The notes under the pieces were generated by a model. The model worked only from the letters and a program-made list of their open reading frames with translations, searched no databases and was not told the DNA's origin. A DNA stretch of 64,000 bases from Lama guanicoe (taxonomy: Eukaryota). The translations under genes were made by a program, and so were the position numbers. The stretch covers positions 12,069,325-12,133,324 of the forward strand of contig MU054187.1 of the NCBI GenBank assembly GCA_013239625.1. Reading direction: 5' to 3'. Numbering within the stretch: position 1 is the stretch's first letter; the number at the start of each line of letters is the position of its first letter. Of the stretch, positions 1-13,425 are shown piece by piece.

Positions 1-3000
1 CTTCCCCCCACAAAAAAAAAGTAATGTAAAAAAAAAAGAAAAAGGATAGGACTCCTTCATTCCTTTTATTTATTTTCAAAGTTTCCGAGCTAACCTGGGG
101 AAATTCCATTACACTGAGTAGATGAATTAATTTAGACACTTCACATTCACACTTCAATGAGACAGTAAGCACTAGAGGAACTCAAGGAATCAGAGATTCG
201 AGGGGGCAGGAAAAAGAAGGAACATTCAGATGTTAATTAGCTCGATGAGCCCACCCAGATGCTAGAGGTCCTGAAAGAAAGGAGAGGGAAGAGGGAGTTT
301 CTAGAGAAGAAACGGGAGGACGAGAAAAAGACGATTTACACTCCCCCTCCTACTGTGATCCGGCTTCTGGTCGCCCCACTCCCCTGTGATGCTCGTGACA
401 AGGACACTAGGTTTCTGGTTCCTAAATACAAAGGACTCTTCCCTTAGGGTCCTGAGAAAGCCCCCAAAATGCAGCAGTGCTTTGCTGACACCCTCCTTAA
501 GCTGTAAGATCAGACCCGGTTTAAATGGCTGCAAACCTCAGCTTGTTTTGAGTTGGGTCCACCTCCCCAGGCCGAGAGAGTCCAATCCACACGCAGTGAT
601 GTGTAGATCACACACAAGGACCTCTGCCTTTACTTTCATGCACCCTCCTGTCCTTCGCATCTTTCTCCTCTCAGTCTCCTCCCTACACGGCCCCTGTTCC
701 TTTCCCACTTGAGTTTCAGACAGTACAGTGAAGTGTTGGGGTGGGCGGAGGTGTGCAGGGGCAGAACAAGGGAGGTTCATGAGTTAGAATCTCCAACGTT
801 TGCCGTACAACATAATCTACCTGAACACACTGCTCTGCAGTCTGCAAGGTCCACACTAGTGTTTGGTGCAATGTTCAGAAGCAGAGGTACTCAGTTATCT
901 GTTGAATAATCAACTACTGAATTATTATATTATCAACCAAAATTGCCATAGCCATGAATGACCACAGCAGGTTATCCCAAGGAATTCATTTCTGCAGAAT
1001 TCGGCAGCAAAGACGAAGTTTGTTATAAATAAGAACAGTTTCACTGACATTTGTGCTAGGGCAAGTAAATTACCCAGTGAGGTGATTTATAAATTCATTC
1101 ACCTTAACTCTCTGACAGGAAGCCGAGCAGTGGTGCTCTGGCCGTTGGGTCTGATTTATATCAGAAAAGTGTACAAAAGAAAATGGAGGTTCTCTATCTT
1201 GCTCCTGCTCTCTCCTGGCCTCCTGTTACTGTCTAACAGGCATCCTTTTCCTTTAATTACCTTCTTCATGGCTTGAGAGCTTTGATGACTTGATTAAGCC
1301 TTGCAGTGCAGTTCCAGTCCCTACCCTTCTGATTAATTAGCCCCAACCTTATTAACTTCCTAATTCTGATCAATAAGGCACTGATGCTAAACTGTGCAAG
1401 GGCAAACTAAGGAGGCAATTTTACTGTTTTTTTTTTTAACCATCCTTTTTTTTAAACCTAATATCACTTTTTAATACCAACCAGGTTGGAAGACAGTAAT
1501 ACAGTAATAGTCCTATGAAGACTATACACGCTCTCCAGTCATAACTTTACTCGCTGCAACAGCACGATTTGTTGGCACTATTTGGGGACTTCGCATTAAG
1601 AACATAGGGCCTCCATTATTCAGGATACTGGGTAAGTGATGCTCATGGCCAGAAAAAAGAATATGATGTGATAACGATGATTCAGTCAGTCCTTCTCCGA
1701 AAGAAAATCACAAAAAATGGAACAAGAAACTCCTCTTCCCCAAACCCAGACTCAGAATGGAGTTCTCCAACATTAAGGAGAAGATCCCAATATCCTAGAC
1801 CAGCACTATTCAAAAGTACGTTTTAAGTTTTCTAGTAGCCACATTGAAAAAATTAAAAATTAATTAGATTAGCTAGCAAAATTAGTTTTGATAGTATGTT
1901 TTTTATAATTTAATATCAAAAATATTATCATTGCAAACTGTAAGCAATGTAAAATTACCAGTGACACTGTCCTTTCTTCCTCCTATCCAGCTTTATTGAG
2001 ATACAACTGACAGATAACATTGTGTAAGCATAAGGTATACTACATGATTTTAAGAATGAGAGAGTATTAGTTTTTTCAAAAAGAATATAAGATTAATGGT
2101 AAAGATGTATTTGAATCGCCAGCAAAAAACCAGACACAGAAGCGTGCTCCATGTTTCTTTCTTAAGAAACTGTGACTCCTATTAAGCCTATGACTTCTGT
2201 CGATACCCAAGGAAGCTTTGCCACCCTCTGAAACTCAAAAGTGGATTTCTAAAGCCTAGGTCCTTCCTTCATATTCTGCAGAATGCACAAAGATCTTTCA
2301 ACTTTGAAGAAGAAATAGAAAAGCTCTTCATAGAGTGGTGATGCTGAGACGGGTAATTAGGTTTTAAATCAACAGCTCCGAGTTACTCTTCCAGGTACAA
2401 AGCTCAGTGCACAGCTGCTTCAGGCAAAGATGGCCCTTGTCAGAGTAACACAAATAAGACCTGCCTACCACCCCCACCCTCCTTCCAAATGTTCCCCCCA
2501 CTTCCAGCCTTACATCCACCTCAGCGCCACTGTCCTGGGACCATCGGAACAATCTAACACACCAATCCAGAGTCATTGTTTAAAATTCTTCAATGACCTC
2601 CTACTCTGGACTTCAGTTTATAAATCCCCTGCCTAATTCTTGATTTTTAAGTTTTTCCCACTCCCAGCCTCCCACTTTACCCTTCATTGTTGAAACTGCT
2701 TATACTTTCCTGCCTTTATCAAGGGAATCCCAAATGCTGGCTCTGTTATTAGCAACTTGTGACCTTAGGCAAATCCAAACTCCTCTCAGCACTGGTTTGC
2801 TACATTTTTTAAATAAGAGTCAATCTCTCTGTGGCCCCAAGCAAATGGAGGTGGAGATTCCCAGGGGCACGGAAATTTCTGCCTCCAATGGGCCCCTCTC
2901 ATGGCCAAGTTTACAAACTGGAGACTGCGGTAACCCTGGGGTACTCAAAGCCTTTCCAGAGATTCTATGACCTTGGATGGTCCCAAAGGAATTATTTTCC

Positions 3001-3243
3001 AGATCCTTTACTTCCATTGTTACCCAGCTTTCGAACAGCTTGACAAACGAAAAATGTCCCTCTCACTCAATCCAAAATAACTTTAGTGATTGCTCCAGGA
3101 TGTAAAGCCCTCCCAGGGCCCCAAAAAGGACACCTCTTTTAAGTCACCTGCATTTCCTTATCTTCTATCTAATCATACCTCTATTAAAGAGAAGCAGAGC
3201 CTTAGAAATGTAGTATTTTCGTCAGCATTGGGTAGTTTGATTT

Positions 3244-3297
3244 GATGATGTTGTTGTTGTTGTTGTTGTTGTTGTTATTATTATTATTATTATTATT
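3244..3297. repeat. Compound microsatellite (GAT)n(GTT)n(ATT)n
   Basis: Directly visible. Confidence 0.95.
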
Positions 3298-3585
3298 TGT
3301 ATTTTGATTTTAAATCTATGGCAGAGTAAATGGTGGGATTAGGGCCTTTTCTATTTGACTTTGCTTCTTCCCTGATCACTTGTCAAAGAATGCTTCATTC
3401 CTGAGACAGTCCCAAGAGACAAAGAAAGGAAGCATCAGGAAGACATTTGATCATTTAAACACAATTACTTTTTTAACTTATTCTCCATCCTAGGACTCAA
3501 CACCATGCGCTGGGAGTGGGGATGCCTTTAAATAAATGAAACAATATGGATTAGTAAAACTGATTCCTTTTAAATGTGATTGGAA

Positions 3586-3652
3586 TTTTTCTTCTGAAAC
3601 TACCAAATTTCTTCTGAAACTACCAGAAGATTTTTCTTCTGAAACTACCAAA
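3586..3652. repeat. Three tandem copies of TTTCTTCTGAAACTACCA
   Basis: Directly visible. Confidence 0.9.
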
Positions 3653-4384
3653 TTATATAAAAAAAAAAAATGCTGTATAAACCCTCAAAGCTTTTATGTG
3701 ATTTCTTTCAGTGTTATTTTTAAAGATAAAAATTATCAAATCAGACCATGACATTTGTCAATTATAGTCAATTTTCATCTTATTTTATCTTATAAAATGT
3801 TTAGTATCTTCTTCCTATTAACTTGAAATTATATGCTAACTGCTAGACCAATTTGTTTTTAGTTTTTATCTTTCTCTTTCATTAAGTACATGGAGAAAGT
3901 TTAATTATAATTCACGTCAATAAAAGCTTCATTTTCAGTAAGCTTATTTTTTATCTTAAATAATTATTTATCAAAATATGTAGCATACTTATTTATAGCA
4001 ATTATCAACAAATAATTATAATGATAACTCAATGCAGAATAATTTGTTACTATTTAACTGCCTCATGGTCACAGGAAATAAAACAAAATTAAAATTTTAT
4101 GTTTCATGGAAAATTTATTTACTTCCACGTTCCCCTGTGAGAGAAGCATATGAAAGAAATCTTAATAAAATGATTTAAATATAAAAATATATAATAGAAG
4201 AATCTGTGGAGTAAGTGAAACATAATGTTCAAAAAGAAAAAAAGATATAAATTTTCCAAACATTAAAAAAGATCTTACTAATGAATTCTTAAATGGATAA
4301 TGATGAGTATTGTCATTAATGTTGTTTCCACTTGATACTTTTTAAAGAATGTATAACTCATTTATATTGAGATATATTTGATTT

Positions 4385-4715
4385 AAAATATATTAATTTC
4401 AGATGTACAACATAGTGATTCAAAATTTTTATACATTATACAGTCTCCTAAACCCCTACCCCTACCCTGCCCCTCCCCCTTCCCTCTCCCCAGTGATAAC
4501 CACTAGCTTGTTCTCTGTATCTGTGAGTCTGTTTCTGTTTTGTTATATTCATTCTTTTTTTTTTTGATTCCACATATAAGTGATAACATACAGTATTTGT
4601 CTTTCTCTGTCTGACTTAATTCACTACTTATAATACCCTCAAGGTCTATCCATGTTGCTGCAAATGGCAGAATTTTATTCTTTTTAATGGCTGGGTAATA
4701 TTCCATTGTGTATAG
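4385..4715 (-). mobile_element. LINE-1 3' end fragment
   Basis: ORF 4503-4706 MEYYPAIKKNKILPFAATWIDLEGII.SELSQTEKDKY is the typical L1 ORF2 C-terminus. Confidence 0.9.
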
Positions 4716-4806
4716 AATATTTTTACATTTGTTGGTACATATTTTCAGATTTATTATTATATTTTAAATTTTACTGTTTAAATATTATATTTAAATACTG
4801 TCTTAT

Positions 4807-5379
4807 GGGGGGTGGAGGGTGGGAAGGGATAGACTGGGATTTCAAAACTGTAGAATAGATAAACAAGATTACACTGTATAGCACAGGGAAATATACACAA
4901 AATGTTATGATAACTCACAGAGAAAAAAAAGTGACAATGAGTGTGTATATGTCCACGAATGACTGAAAAATTGTGCTGAACACTGGAATTTGACACAACA
5001 TTGTAAAATGATTATAAATCAATAAAAAATGTTAAAAAAAACTCTACTAATAAACTCATCTACAAAACAGAAATAGACTCACAGGCGTAGTAAACAATCT
5101 TATGGTTACCAGGGGAAAGAGGATGGGAAGGAATAGATTTGGGAGTTCAAGACGTGAAGATATTAACTACTATATATAAAAATAGATTTAAAAAACAAAT
5201 TTCTTCTGTATAGGACAGAAACTATATTCAATATCTTGTAATAACCTTTAGTGAAAAAGAATATGAAAATGATGATATGTATATATGTATGACTGGGATA
5301 TGATGCTGTACACCAGAAATTGGCACATTGTAACTGACTATACTTCAATAAAAATAAATAAAGTATATTTCAAAAAAAA
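4807..5379 (+). mobile_element. Two head-to-tail L1 3' ends inside one TSD
   Basis: TAAATACTGTCTTAT at 4792-4806 and 5380-5394; each half ends in AATAAA plus an A-rich tail. Confidence 0.8.
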
Positions 5380-6649
5380 TAAATACTGTCTTATATTTCA
5401 TCTTTTTAGGACTTGTGGTTATATTACCTTTCCTACTTCTAATGGTTTTTATTGGTATTTTCTCTTTCCTTGTATCTTGATCAGACTTGACTATTTGTTG
5501 GTTTTTTCCAAATAACCGTATCTTGATTTTACTTATGTGTCAGCTTTTCTTTCATTTTCCTGTTTCTTAATTTCTGCTTTTCCCCCACTTCGTAATTATT
5601 TCATAATTTATAATCTATAATGCATTCCAGGTTCATTAACATAAAGTCTCCTAGTCTTAAGGATGCAACAACATGATGTATCAGTCAAAACTAGAAGTTT
5701 TATAGGTATTCAAATATTGCATTACTTTTAAAATAGCTAAGATGGACATTTGGCTACACCTGCTTTTAAATTTTCTAGGCCATGCAAAATTATTAGAGTC
5801 ACAATGTTATAGAGTTGTGAGACTCCAGGGTTTCAAAGAGGAGAATCCTGGTCCTATGAGCTGCTACTGCCTTGGCCCCCCTCTGCAGAGCTGGGATGGC
5901 CCTCCGTGGAAGCCTACGTGATTGTTAAGTTCCACAATTGTCACAGGAGCAGAGAAATGTTTGTCTTCATTCAGGGGAGGGATACGAAGATGGTTCCTTT
6001 ATGTCTCTGGATTTGTTTGCCCATTTGCAGAATGGGTATAACAATAAGCGACTCACAATAATCTTTTGAAAGATGAGAAAAATGAAGTTCAAAAATATTT
6101 AGTAACTTGCCTACACAGTTAATATGAGCTTGAACCCACCCGTGTCTGGGGTCGAGAACGCTACTTTGATCTGCAAAGTCTTCACCTACACAGTGTTTCC
6201 TCAATTTGACTCTCATAACACACTTAGAAATTTTCAACACAGGAGCACAACTTATGATCGAATTACATTTAATGGGTTACACAGAGCATCTTTGGTATAA
6301 AGAAATATGTTTGTCTCAGCGTCAAGTAGAAACCAAATGCAACAGAGCTGATTAAGATGTTAAAAGTGTAAGCGCATTTGCTGATTAGGGGTTCATTAGG
6401 GATCTTAGCAAGAGCAGATTCCTGTTGTGCTGAGGACAGAAGCCAGAATGAAAAGACTGCAATTGTAATATGTGCAATTGTGATACGTGTAGTTAGTGAT
6501 TTTACATTAGATGGCATTGTAATAGAATACGCAGTACTCAGAGTATAAGCTAAACCCTTCCAAGACCCTCCTAATCCTTCAAGACTGTGTGGTCTGCAAC
6601 CTCCCACCCTCACTCCCCACACTCCCTTACCCTACTGCCCTCCCTCCTC

Positions 6650-7085
6650 CGCTCCAGTCAGCCTGGCCCCCTGCTGTCCCTCCATCACTGACAGATTTTT
6701 CCCTTAAGACTTTTAAACTGCCCACTCCTCAGACAGGAAGGCTCCTCCCAAGATATCCACCCAAGACTCCCTTACCTTAACTGCTGGTCCTCCCCTGACC
6801 ACCCTTCGTCCAATTACCATGTCTACACCCATCTCCCCAACACTGCTTGACTTCCCTTTACTCCATACCACTTCTTGTGGCCTGACATATTACATCTCCT
6901 CATCCATCACTTCTCTTCCCTGGTGAATGTTCCACCAGCTCCCCATCACTGGAATTTAGCCCCAAGAGAGTAAGGATCTTGGTTTTGTTCACTCATGTGT
7001 CCCAAGCACCTGGAACATGCATGACACACAGCAGGTTCGCAACAAATATTGGGTGAAAGAATGAGTGAGTGAATGAATGAACCAA
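6650..7085 (+). mobile_element. L2 3' end remnant
   Basis: TTTGTTCACTCATGTGTCCCAAGCACCTGGAAC...AAATATT...GAATGAATGAA terminus. Confidence 0.7.
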
Positions 7086-7996
7086 TGGGAACAAAGTGTA
7101 CTAGTCATTTCTGTGTTCCCATTCTTCAGTCACTCAAACTTAGAGTCACACCTGGGCTCTGCCACCCACTGGCTGTATGACCTTTATCTCATCTGTTAAT
7201 GAATAAAACCTGATATGACCTCCAGGATTATAGGTGAGATATGGTAATTAATGCAAAGTGCTTAGCACCATGCCTGGAGCAAAGCTCGGTGAATGTTTCC
7301 ATTATGTCACTTGTCATCATTATTATCATTGTTTTATTTAATTTCCACACTATCCTAAAAGGCAGATACCATTCCTACTTCAAAGATAGGGAAAGACAAC
7401 TAACTTCCTCACATCCAAGAGGATGTAACTCCCAGCCGCTCTCAGCTCACCTTTGCCATGCCTGACCCTGGAGTCCTTGGCCACCTGCTCCGCCTGAGGT
7501 CACCAGACTCCCTGGTCCCTCTCACAACTTCCCATAGGCAGCAGAGCAGGACCCTCCGCATTTCCCCTCCTGAGGGGTCTTCTAAGACATGTTGCTTCTG
7601 TACAGTCTTTCTGGAGAATTCCTGTGGCCGAGGCTCTGGGACTTCATAAAACAGGGATCTAGACACACACCACCTTCTTTTTTCTTCCCACCCTTCCCCT
7701 CCTTCATTTTCCCTCACTCTTGAGGCCCAGGGATTCCATTTCTAGTAAAGGGCCAGCATGTAAGCCTTGCCTCAGGCTCCATTTTCTACGGAACCTAGAA
7801 CAGAAACTGGGCCCACATCCTAGACCTGTCTGATCCCAAACCTACACTCACCATCCAACACCAACTTTATGGACCACCTCCTCTCTGCCCGGGCCGCCTC
7901 TCACTACATCCTAAGCTGACATGTGCAGAAAGTGGGATGGTGGAAACTGGGGACCCCTTTTTCCCTGAATAAAGGAATAAAGATACACAGCAGCTC

Positions 7997-8890
7997 TGGC
8001 AGTGTGCTGGGCGGCCCCATGGGTCTGTCTTCTGCTTCAACAGTATTTGGACAGAACAGACACAGGGACGACGCCCCAGCTCCGGCCTCCGACCGCCCTC
8101 CAACCGTTTTTCCAGTCACAACCTGCAGAACCAACCACTCTGCTACCCTCAGCCTGCAAGACCAGCCAACACCATCTTTTAACCTTAGCTCCTTATACTC
8201 AGCAACCATGAGCTCCCAAATTATTCAGAATTTTTCCACCAGGTGGTGGCCGCCGTCAACCTCAGGGCCCACACGCATCTGCGGGCCCCTTGTACTTACC
8301 ACTCTCTGGGCTTCTTTTTCCACCAGGGCGATGTGGCTCCGGAGGGCGCAGGCCACTTTTCCTGCCAGTTGGCCGAGGAGAAGCGCCAGGGCGCCCGGCA
8401 CCTCTGGAAAACGCAAGCCAGCATGGTGGCCGCGCCCTCTTCCAGAACGTGCAGAAGCCGTCCAGAGACGTGAAACCCAGGCCATGCTCACGGAGAAGAA
8501 GCCGAATCAGATCCTCTTGGATGTGCATGCCCTGGGTTCTGCCCGGGCAGACTCCCCCCGCTGTGACTTCCTGCAGAGCCACTTCCTGGATGAGGAGGTG
8601 AAACCCACCAGGAAGATGGACGACCACCTGAGTGAACTGCGCAGGCTGGCTGGCGAGCAGGCCGGCTGGAGCCCAAGCTCGGCCGCGCGAGCCCCGCTCC
8701 CAGAGGCTCCCCAACAAGCACCGCTAGGAGCCTCCGGAATCCAGAAGCCTTTGAGGGTCCCCTCTGGGGTCAGGGCTTCCGTCTGAAGCCTCTCTCTGCA
8801 GCCACTAGGCAGCTTCTGAACCGCCCTGGAGTCCTCGCCCAAGCCTTAAACCAAATGGAAACAATTAAGCTTTTTGCAGGAGGAAAGAAA
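7997..8890 (+). pseudogene. FTL: Processed ferritin light chain pseudogene, copy 1 (ATG 8208, ancestral stop 8725-8727)
   Basis: Intronless; [54 protein letters not shown] and [30 protein letters not shown] lie in different frames; IRE-type 5'UTR, FTL-like 3'UTR, decayed polyA signal AATTAA at 8863, possible TSD AAAGATACA (7979/8889). Confidence 0.93.
8028..8058 (+). promoter_or_regulatory. Degenerate iron-responsive element in FTL pseudogene copy 1
   Basis: TCTGCTTCAA-CAGTAT-TTGGACAGA: ferritin IRE stem with bulged C; loop is CAGTAT rather than CAGTGN. Confidence 0.85.
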
Positions 8891-11209
8891 AGATACAAAC
8901 ACACACTTCATACTGGAAGCTTGAAAGCTACTAGAGTTGATCAATAAAACAAAAGACCAGTAAAGGGAAAAGTTTAAATCTGGAATAAAAAAAAAAGAAT
9001 TAAGAGAATGACAATGAAGGAGGAACAGGAGTAACATCCTGAACAGAAAACAGACACAAAGCAGATAGCAGGGAGCTTTTTAAAATGATAAGAGAATGGT
9101 TGATGCAATCTTACACGTTTAAGAGTAAAGTAAACCCTAGACCTTTCTTTTTTAAATGCTTATTGAAAACAAAATATGATTTTTTGAACATGATTTTCAA
9201 AGTCACATAGCATTAACAGTACTGTAACAGTATCAATCACCTGGTTTTGACTATGGTCTATGGTTATGGAAGATGTTATCATTGGGGAAATGGGATGAAT
9301 ATATATGGGAACACTCTGTACCATTTTTACAACTTTTTGTTTGGTTTCGAATATTTCAAAATAAAAACTTTTGAAACTCTCATAGTTTTACAAAGTTTGT
9401 AGCAGATCCTCGCCCTAACCTTCCCCATTGTTGATTCCTATTCTCACCAAGGAAACTATAAATAAGCTATACCCCCAAATTTCTAGATAACCCTTTCTGG
9501 GAAAGGGTGCCAATGAGGTAAAGTTGGGGGGAGGAGGAACCTGTAATCCATTATTGGATTTGGGGGCTCCTAGATTCAACTTTTAATTTTCTTCTTTCTC
9601 ATTTTCCACATATTTGTCATCTTGTTCTACTTTCTAGGTAATTTCCTCAACTTCATCTTCTCCTCTTCCAACTGTTCTATTTTTTTCCTATCATATTTTT
9701 AATTTCCAAGATGAGGAATTCAGGCTTTTATCTTGAGGGCAAGGGAGAAATACTGGAAAATTTTGGAAAAACAAGAGAAAAGCTCTGTTGTAGGATGGTT
9801 ACTGGGGAAAAAGGGGTCTCAGAACTTCAAAGAGCCCATTTATCTGACGTCAGCCTACCTGAAATGCCATTTGTTTTCTCTGCCACATGCACAAATGCAA
9901 CCTTTAAAGTCCAGCTTGCTGAAGTCAATTTGCTTCCTTAAGTAAGGCCTTCCACAATTCTCCAGTCCACAGCCTCAGATCCTGCTTCCCCATAACTACT
10001 CATTCCTTCATGTAGCAATATCTGGACAATTAATCACATCCTGCTCTGAGTTAGGCTGCAGCTGTATTCTATACCTGTGTATAAATAGTATTGCATTTGA
10101 ATTATAAATTCCTGGAGGGCAGGGGCAGTCATTCCTGGGACTTTCCTAAGCACCTAAGAAGGGGACAGGCATGTCAATATGTTTAATAAATAAATGAAGA
10201 AACACTGATGCAAATTCAAGTCTCTCTCATCCTTTCCACAAATGGACATGCTTCTCCTCAACAGTTCTGATGACTTAATGCCATTTGAAAAATGGTTGAA
10301 GGTGTAAAGGGTGGAGAAGCCAATAAAAATCTCAGGAAAAACACAATACAGTCTCCAACACACGGGAAAAATGGTTTTTCATTAGAGATTCCACTGGTTC
10401 TGTATGGCACCAACAGATGGAAGCCCATTGGAAGGTACATTTCAACTAAGTACGAAGAAGAATTTTTTAACAGTGTAAGCACCAGAAGGATGGAGCAGGA
10501 TGTCACAGAAGGTGGAGTTGAAGCTTCATCTGAGTGACTCTTCGATGGGTGTGTTTAGACGTCCAAGCAATGGCAGGTTTTGATTTCTCCATACAGGAGG
10601 GGTTTAAATGAGGCAGTCTGCTGGGAGAGGGTACATAAGGGACATATCTTAAAGGTATAATGAAATGTACAAAGAATATATATTTATTTGGAGTGGCTTG
10701 GCTGCACAAAACCATGATCCCTGAAGGGGACACTTCAGGAGGGATTTTATTCAAATCTAAAGAATTTATGTAGATAAATCATAATTAAACATTCAAGTGG
10801 AATATATACAGCTGAATGCCATTTGCATTCCAGCCTTGTTATTCAATACATCTGTAAACTATCATTCAGCAGGTTACTGAGAAAGGTTATCAAGGTCAAA
10901 AGACCATCAGCCAAAAAGCCACACTCCTGGACTCAAACACTTGTGGTCACTGGCCTGGGCCTGCGACTTAGCTCCCTTCCTCTTGGCTCTTCGGTGGCAA
11001 ACCCAACATCCAATTTATTTTATCTCTAAAAGTTTACATGAGACCAGGGACTGTGACATCCTTTTTTGGCCAAAATAATAGAAGCAATAACTTGGAGTCC
11101 ATATATTTCAAATGAAATGCTAGAAAGGGAGGATAAAAATGATTCTCTTCAACCAGAGCCCCTGAGTATCCCTGGCGGCCACACGATGCAGGAGTTAAGA
11201 TCATACACA

Positions 11210-11830
11210 TAAGAGACACAAATTAAAACTACTCTGAGATACCATTTCTCACCCATCAGATAATAGCAAAACTCCATAAGCTGGGTAACAGGCTTGGTTG
11301 GCAAAGCTAGGAGGGAACGGCACCCCCTCAAGGGGAGTGTAAACTGGTACAGCCCTCTTTGGACTGCAATTTGGCAACATCTGTCAATATTACACGTGCA
11401 AATAGTATTTAAACACACCTAGCATGCACCCAACTGCCCTTGCACACAAGCAAAAGGAAGATGGGCAAGACCATTCAGGTGTCCACTGCAGCCTTAATTA
11501 TGATAGCAAAAATCAGAAATGGTCTATCAACAGGCGACAGACTAAATAAACTGCAGTGTATCCATACAACGGAGTGTTACGTGGCTCTGAAAAAGAATAA
11601 GAAGGTTCTCTAGGTTCTGACTGGAAAAGGTTTTGAAGATATGTTGATAAATGAGGTAAGTTTATATAGAAAATGTGGAGAATAAGACATAACGTCTGTA
11701 TTTACTTCACATGCAGAAAGACACTCTGGACAGACACCCTTAGAAGCAAGTAACAGCGGCTGCTCATAAGAGTGGGAGACGCTCACGGGAAGTGGGAAGA
11801 CATTTCACTGTGTATTTTTTATTATATATA
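11210..11830 (+). mobile_element. Old L1ME-type 3' fragment
   Basis: GAGATACCATTTCTCACCCATCAGAT..., GGGAGTGTAAACTGGTACAGCC, AAACTGCAGTGTATCCATACAACGGA. Confidence 0.75.
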
Positions 11831-13425
11831 CTCTATTTTATTTTTAAACCTAGTCAAAAATTTTAAAAATTAAAAACTAAAAGGTCCCTGCAGTGGGATG
11901 CCTGTATAAGATGACTCACAGCTCTTCCCTACATTTGGGCAAATTACTCTTCTCTCTGCCTTTCAGTTTCCTCATCTGTACAATGGGATGATAATAAAAG
12001 CCACCGTAAAGCATTTAGAACAGGGCCTGGCACATAAAATATTGTTTTTTGAAGGTAAAATTTTAGTCAGGGTGTTTAAATTTTTTTAAAAAACTAAATG
12101 CACTGAAGTCTTTTTATTTGTATAAAATGCAATGCTCATTTTTTGCTTCAAAGAACTTTAATAAATATGAGTTTTTCCTTGGGGGAAAAAAACCAAAACC
12201 CTCTTTTTCGAAAGAACTTAAATAATATCAATCATACAATTAGTGAAAAAGATGCTACTATATTTGAACCAGATAGCATTCTAAGTATTTAGAAAACATC
12301 TTATTTAATCCACACAAAAAGCTTGTGTTAGGAATTATCCTTATTTTACAAATAAGAAACTGAGCTCAGTTTGTTGCCCCAAATTATACAATTAATTATA
12401 TCTGTTTCTAACGTCTGTGCTCTTAAATACTATAGTAGTTGTCTGTCAGAAAATGGGAGATAAGTCCCTCAATTTGTAAAAGCAAGTAGAATTTTCAATA
12501 CAACAGCTTAAATATCTCCAAGCCTAATTACCATACTGGGCAGCTTTGTAAGGCTAATACTCAGCTTACAAAACAATTATGACTGAGTGGGGGGCGGGAA
12601 GTAAAATTAAAATGTGGGCATTGCTTTTCAGAGTGTGACTGTTGTCTTTAAAAACAGCAGGGCAACAGTAAATAGCAGGGGAAACTTGCCATAGCAAATA
12701 ACAGAAAAACTATCAATAACTTAAAGAGAACCACAGCCAGAAAAATACCCCCAAACTGCAAATTGACTCCAAGTAGTAAGCGTGAAACAAAAAGGTGATA
12801 GTGTTCCTGCTTGGATAATCAGGGCCCCAAATGGAAGATAGGAAACTCCAATTCTTCTGTTTTAAAATTTTCACAACTCCCAAGAACGGTATTAACAGCT
12901 TTTTCACTTACAGAAGGATGCTTTTAGCAATAAGGCATTGTCCTCTTTTCTTCTACTACCGTGCATGAAGGACAACCTGAAGTTAAAGATTTCACAATGA
13001 CAGCTTCCTAAACACTGATCTGGAGCTCCTACTTAGGCTGTGTTCCTCTTTATTGCTCTACCTGTCCTTGTGAGATAAACCCAAAAACGCGTGCAACAAT
13101 GTCTGAAAAAATGTAGTGATTTTTCCCTCTGAAGAATATGTAGCCTTCATCTTATCCAGTTGCTCAATCTTTCACCTAGTTTGGTCTGGAACTGAAATGA
13201 ACTTCATTTTACAGCTCATCACACTCAGTATATGCTCCAACAAATGGATTCCTGTGTCCGGAGACCAGTAAAATCCCTCTCTCTCTTGGGGATTCCGCTG
13301 TAGCATTTGTTCTAGGACATTAATGGACGTCCTAACCAGTCCATGTTTTCTAAAGCAATGACAACTCAAGATCATACTCTCAAAATGAGACATGTTCAAT
13401 ATAATGACTACAAAAAACTGTTATG

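Larger units (their letters stand above)
7975..9711 (+). repeat. 1.74-kb direct duplication, copy 1
   Basis: Colinear with 16185-17918 apart from scattered substitutions and small indels. Confidence 0.95.

Noticed and set aside
7923..8786. 287-aa and 269-aa ORFs as functional ferritin genes
   Set aside because: Ferritin similarity is split across three frames with a deletion; these are intronless retrocopies
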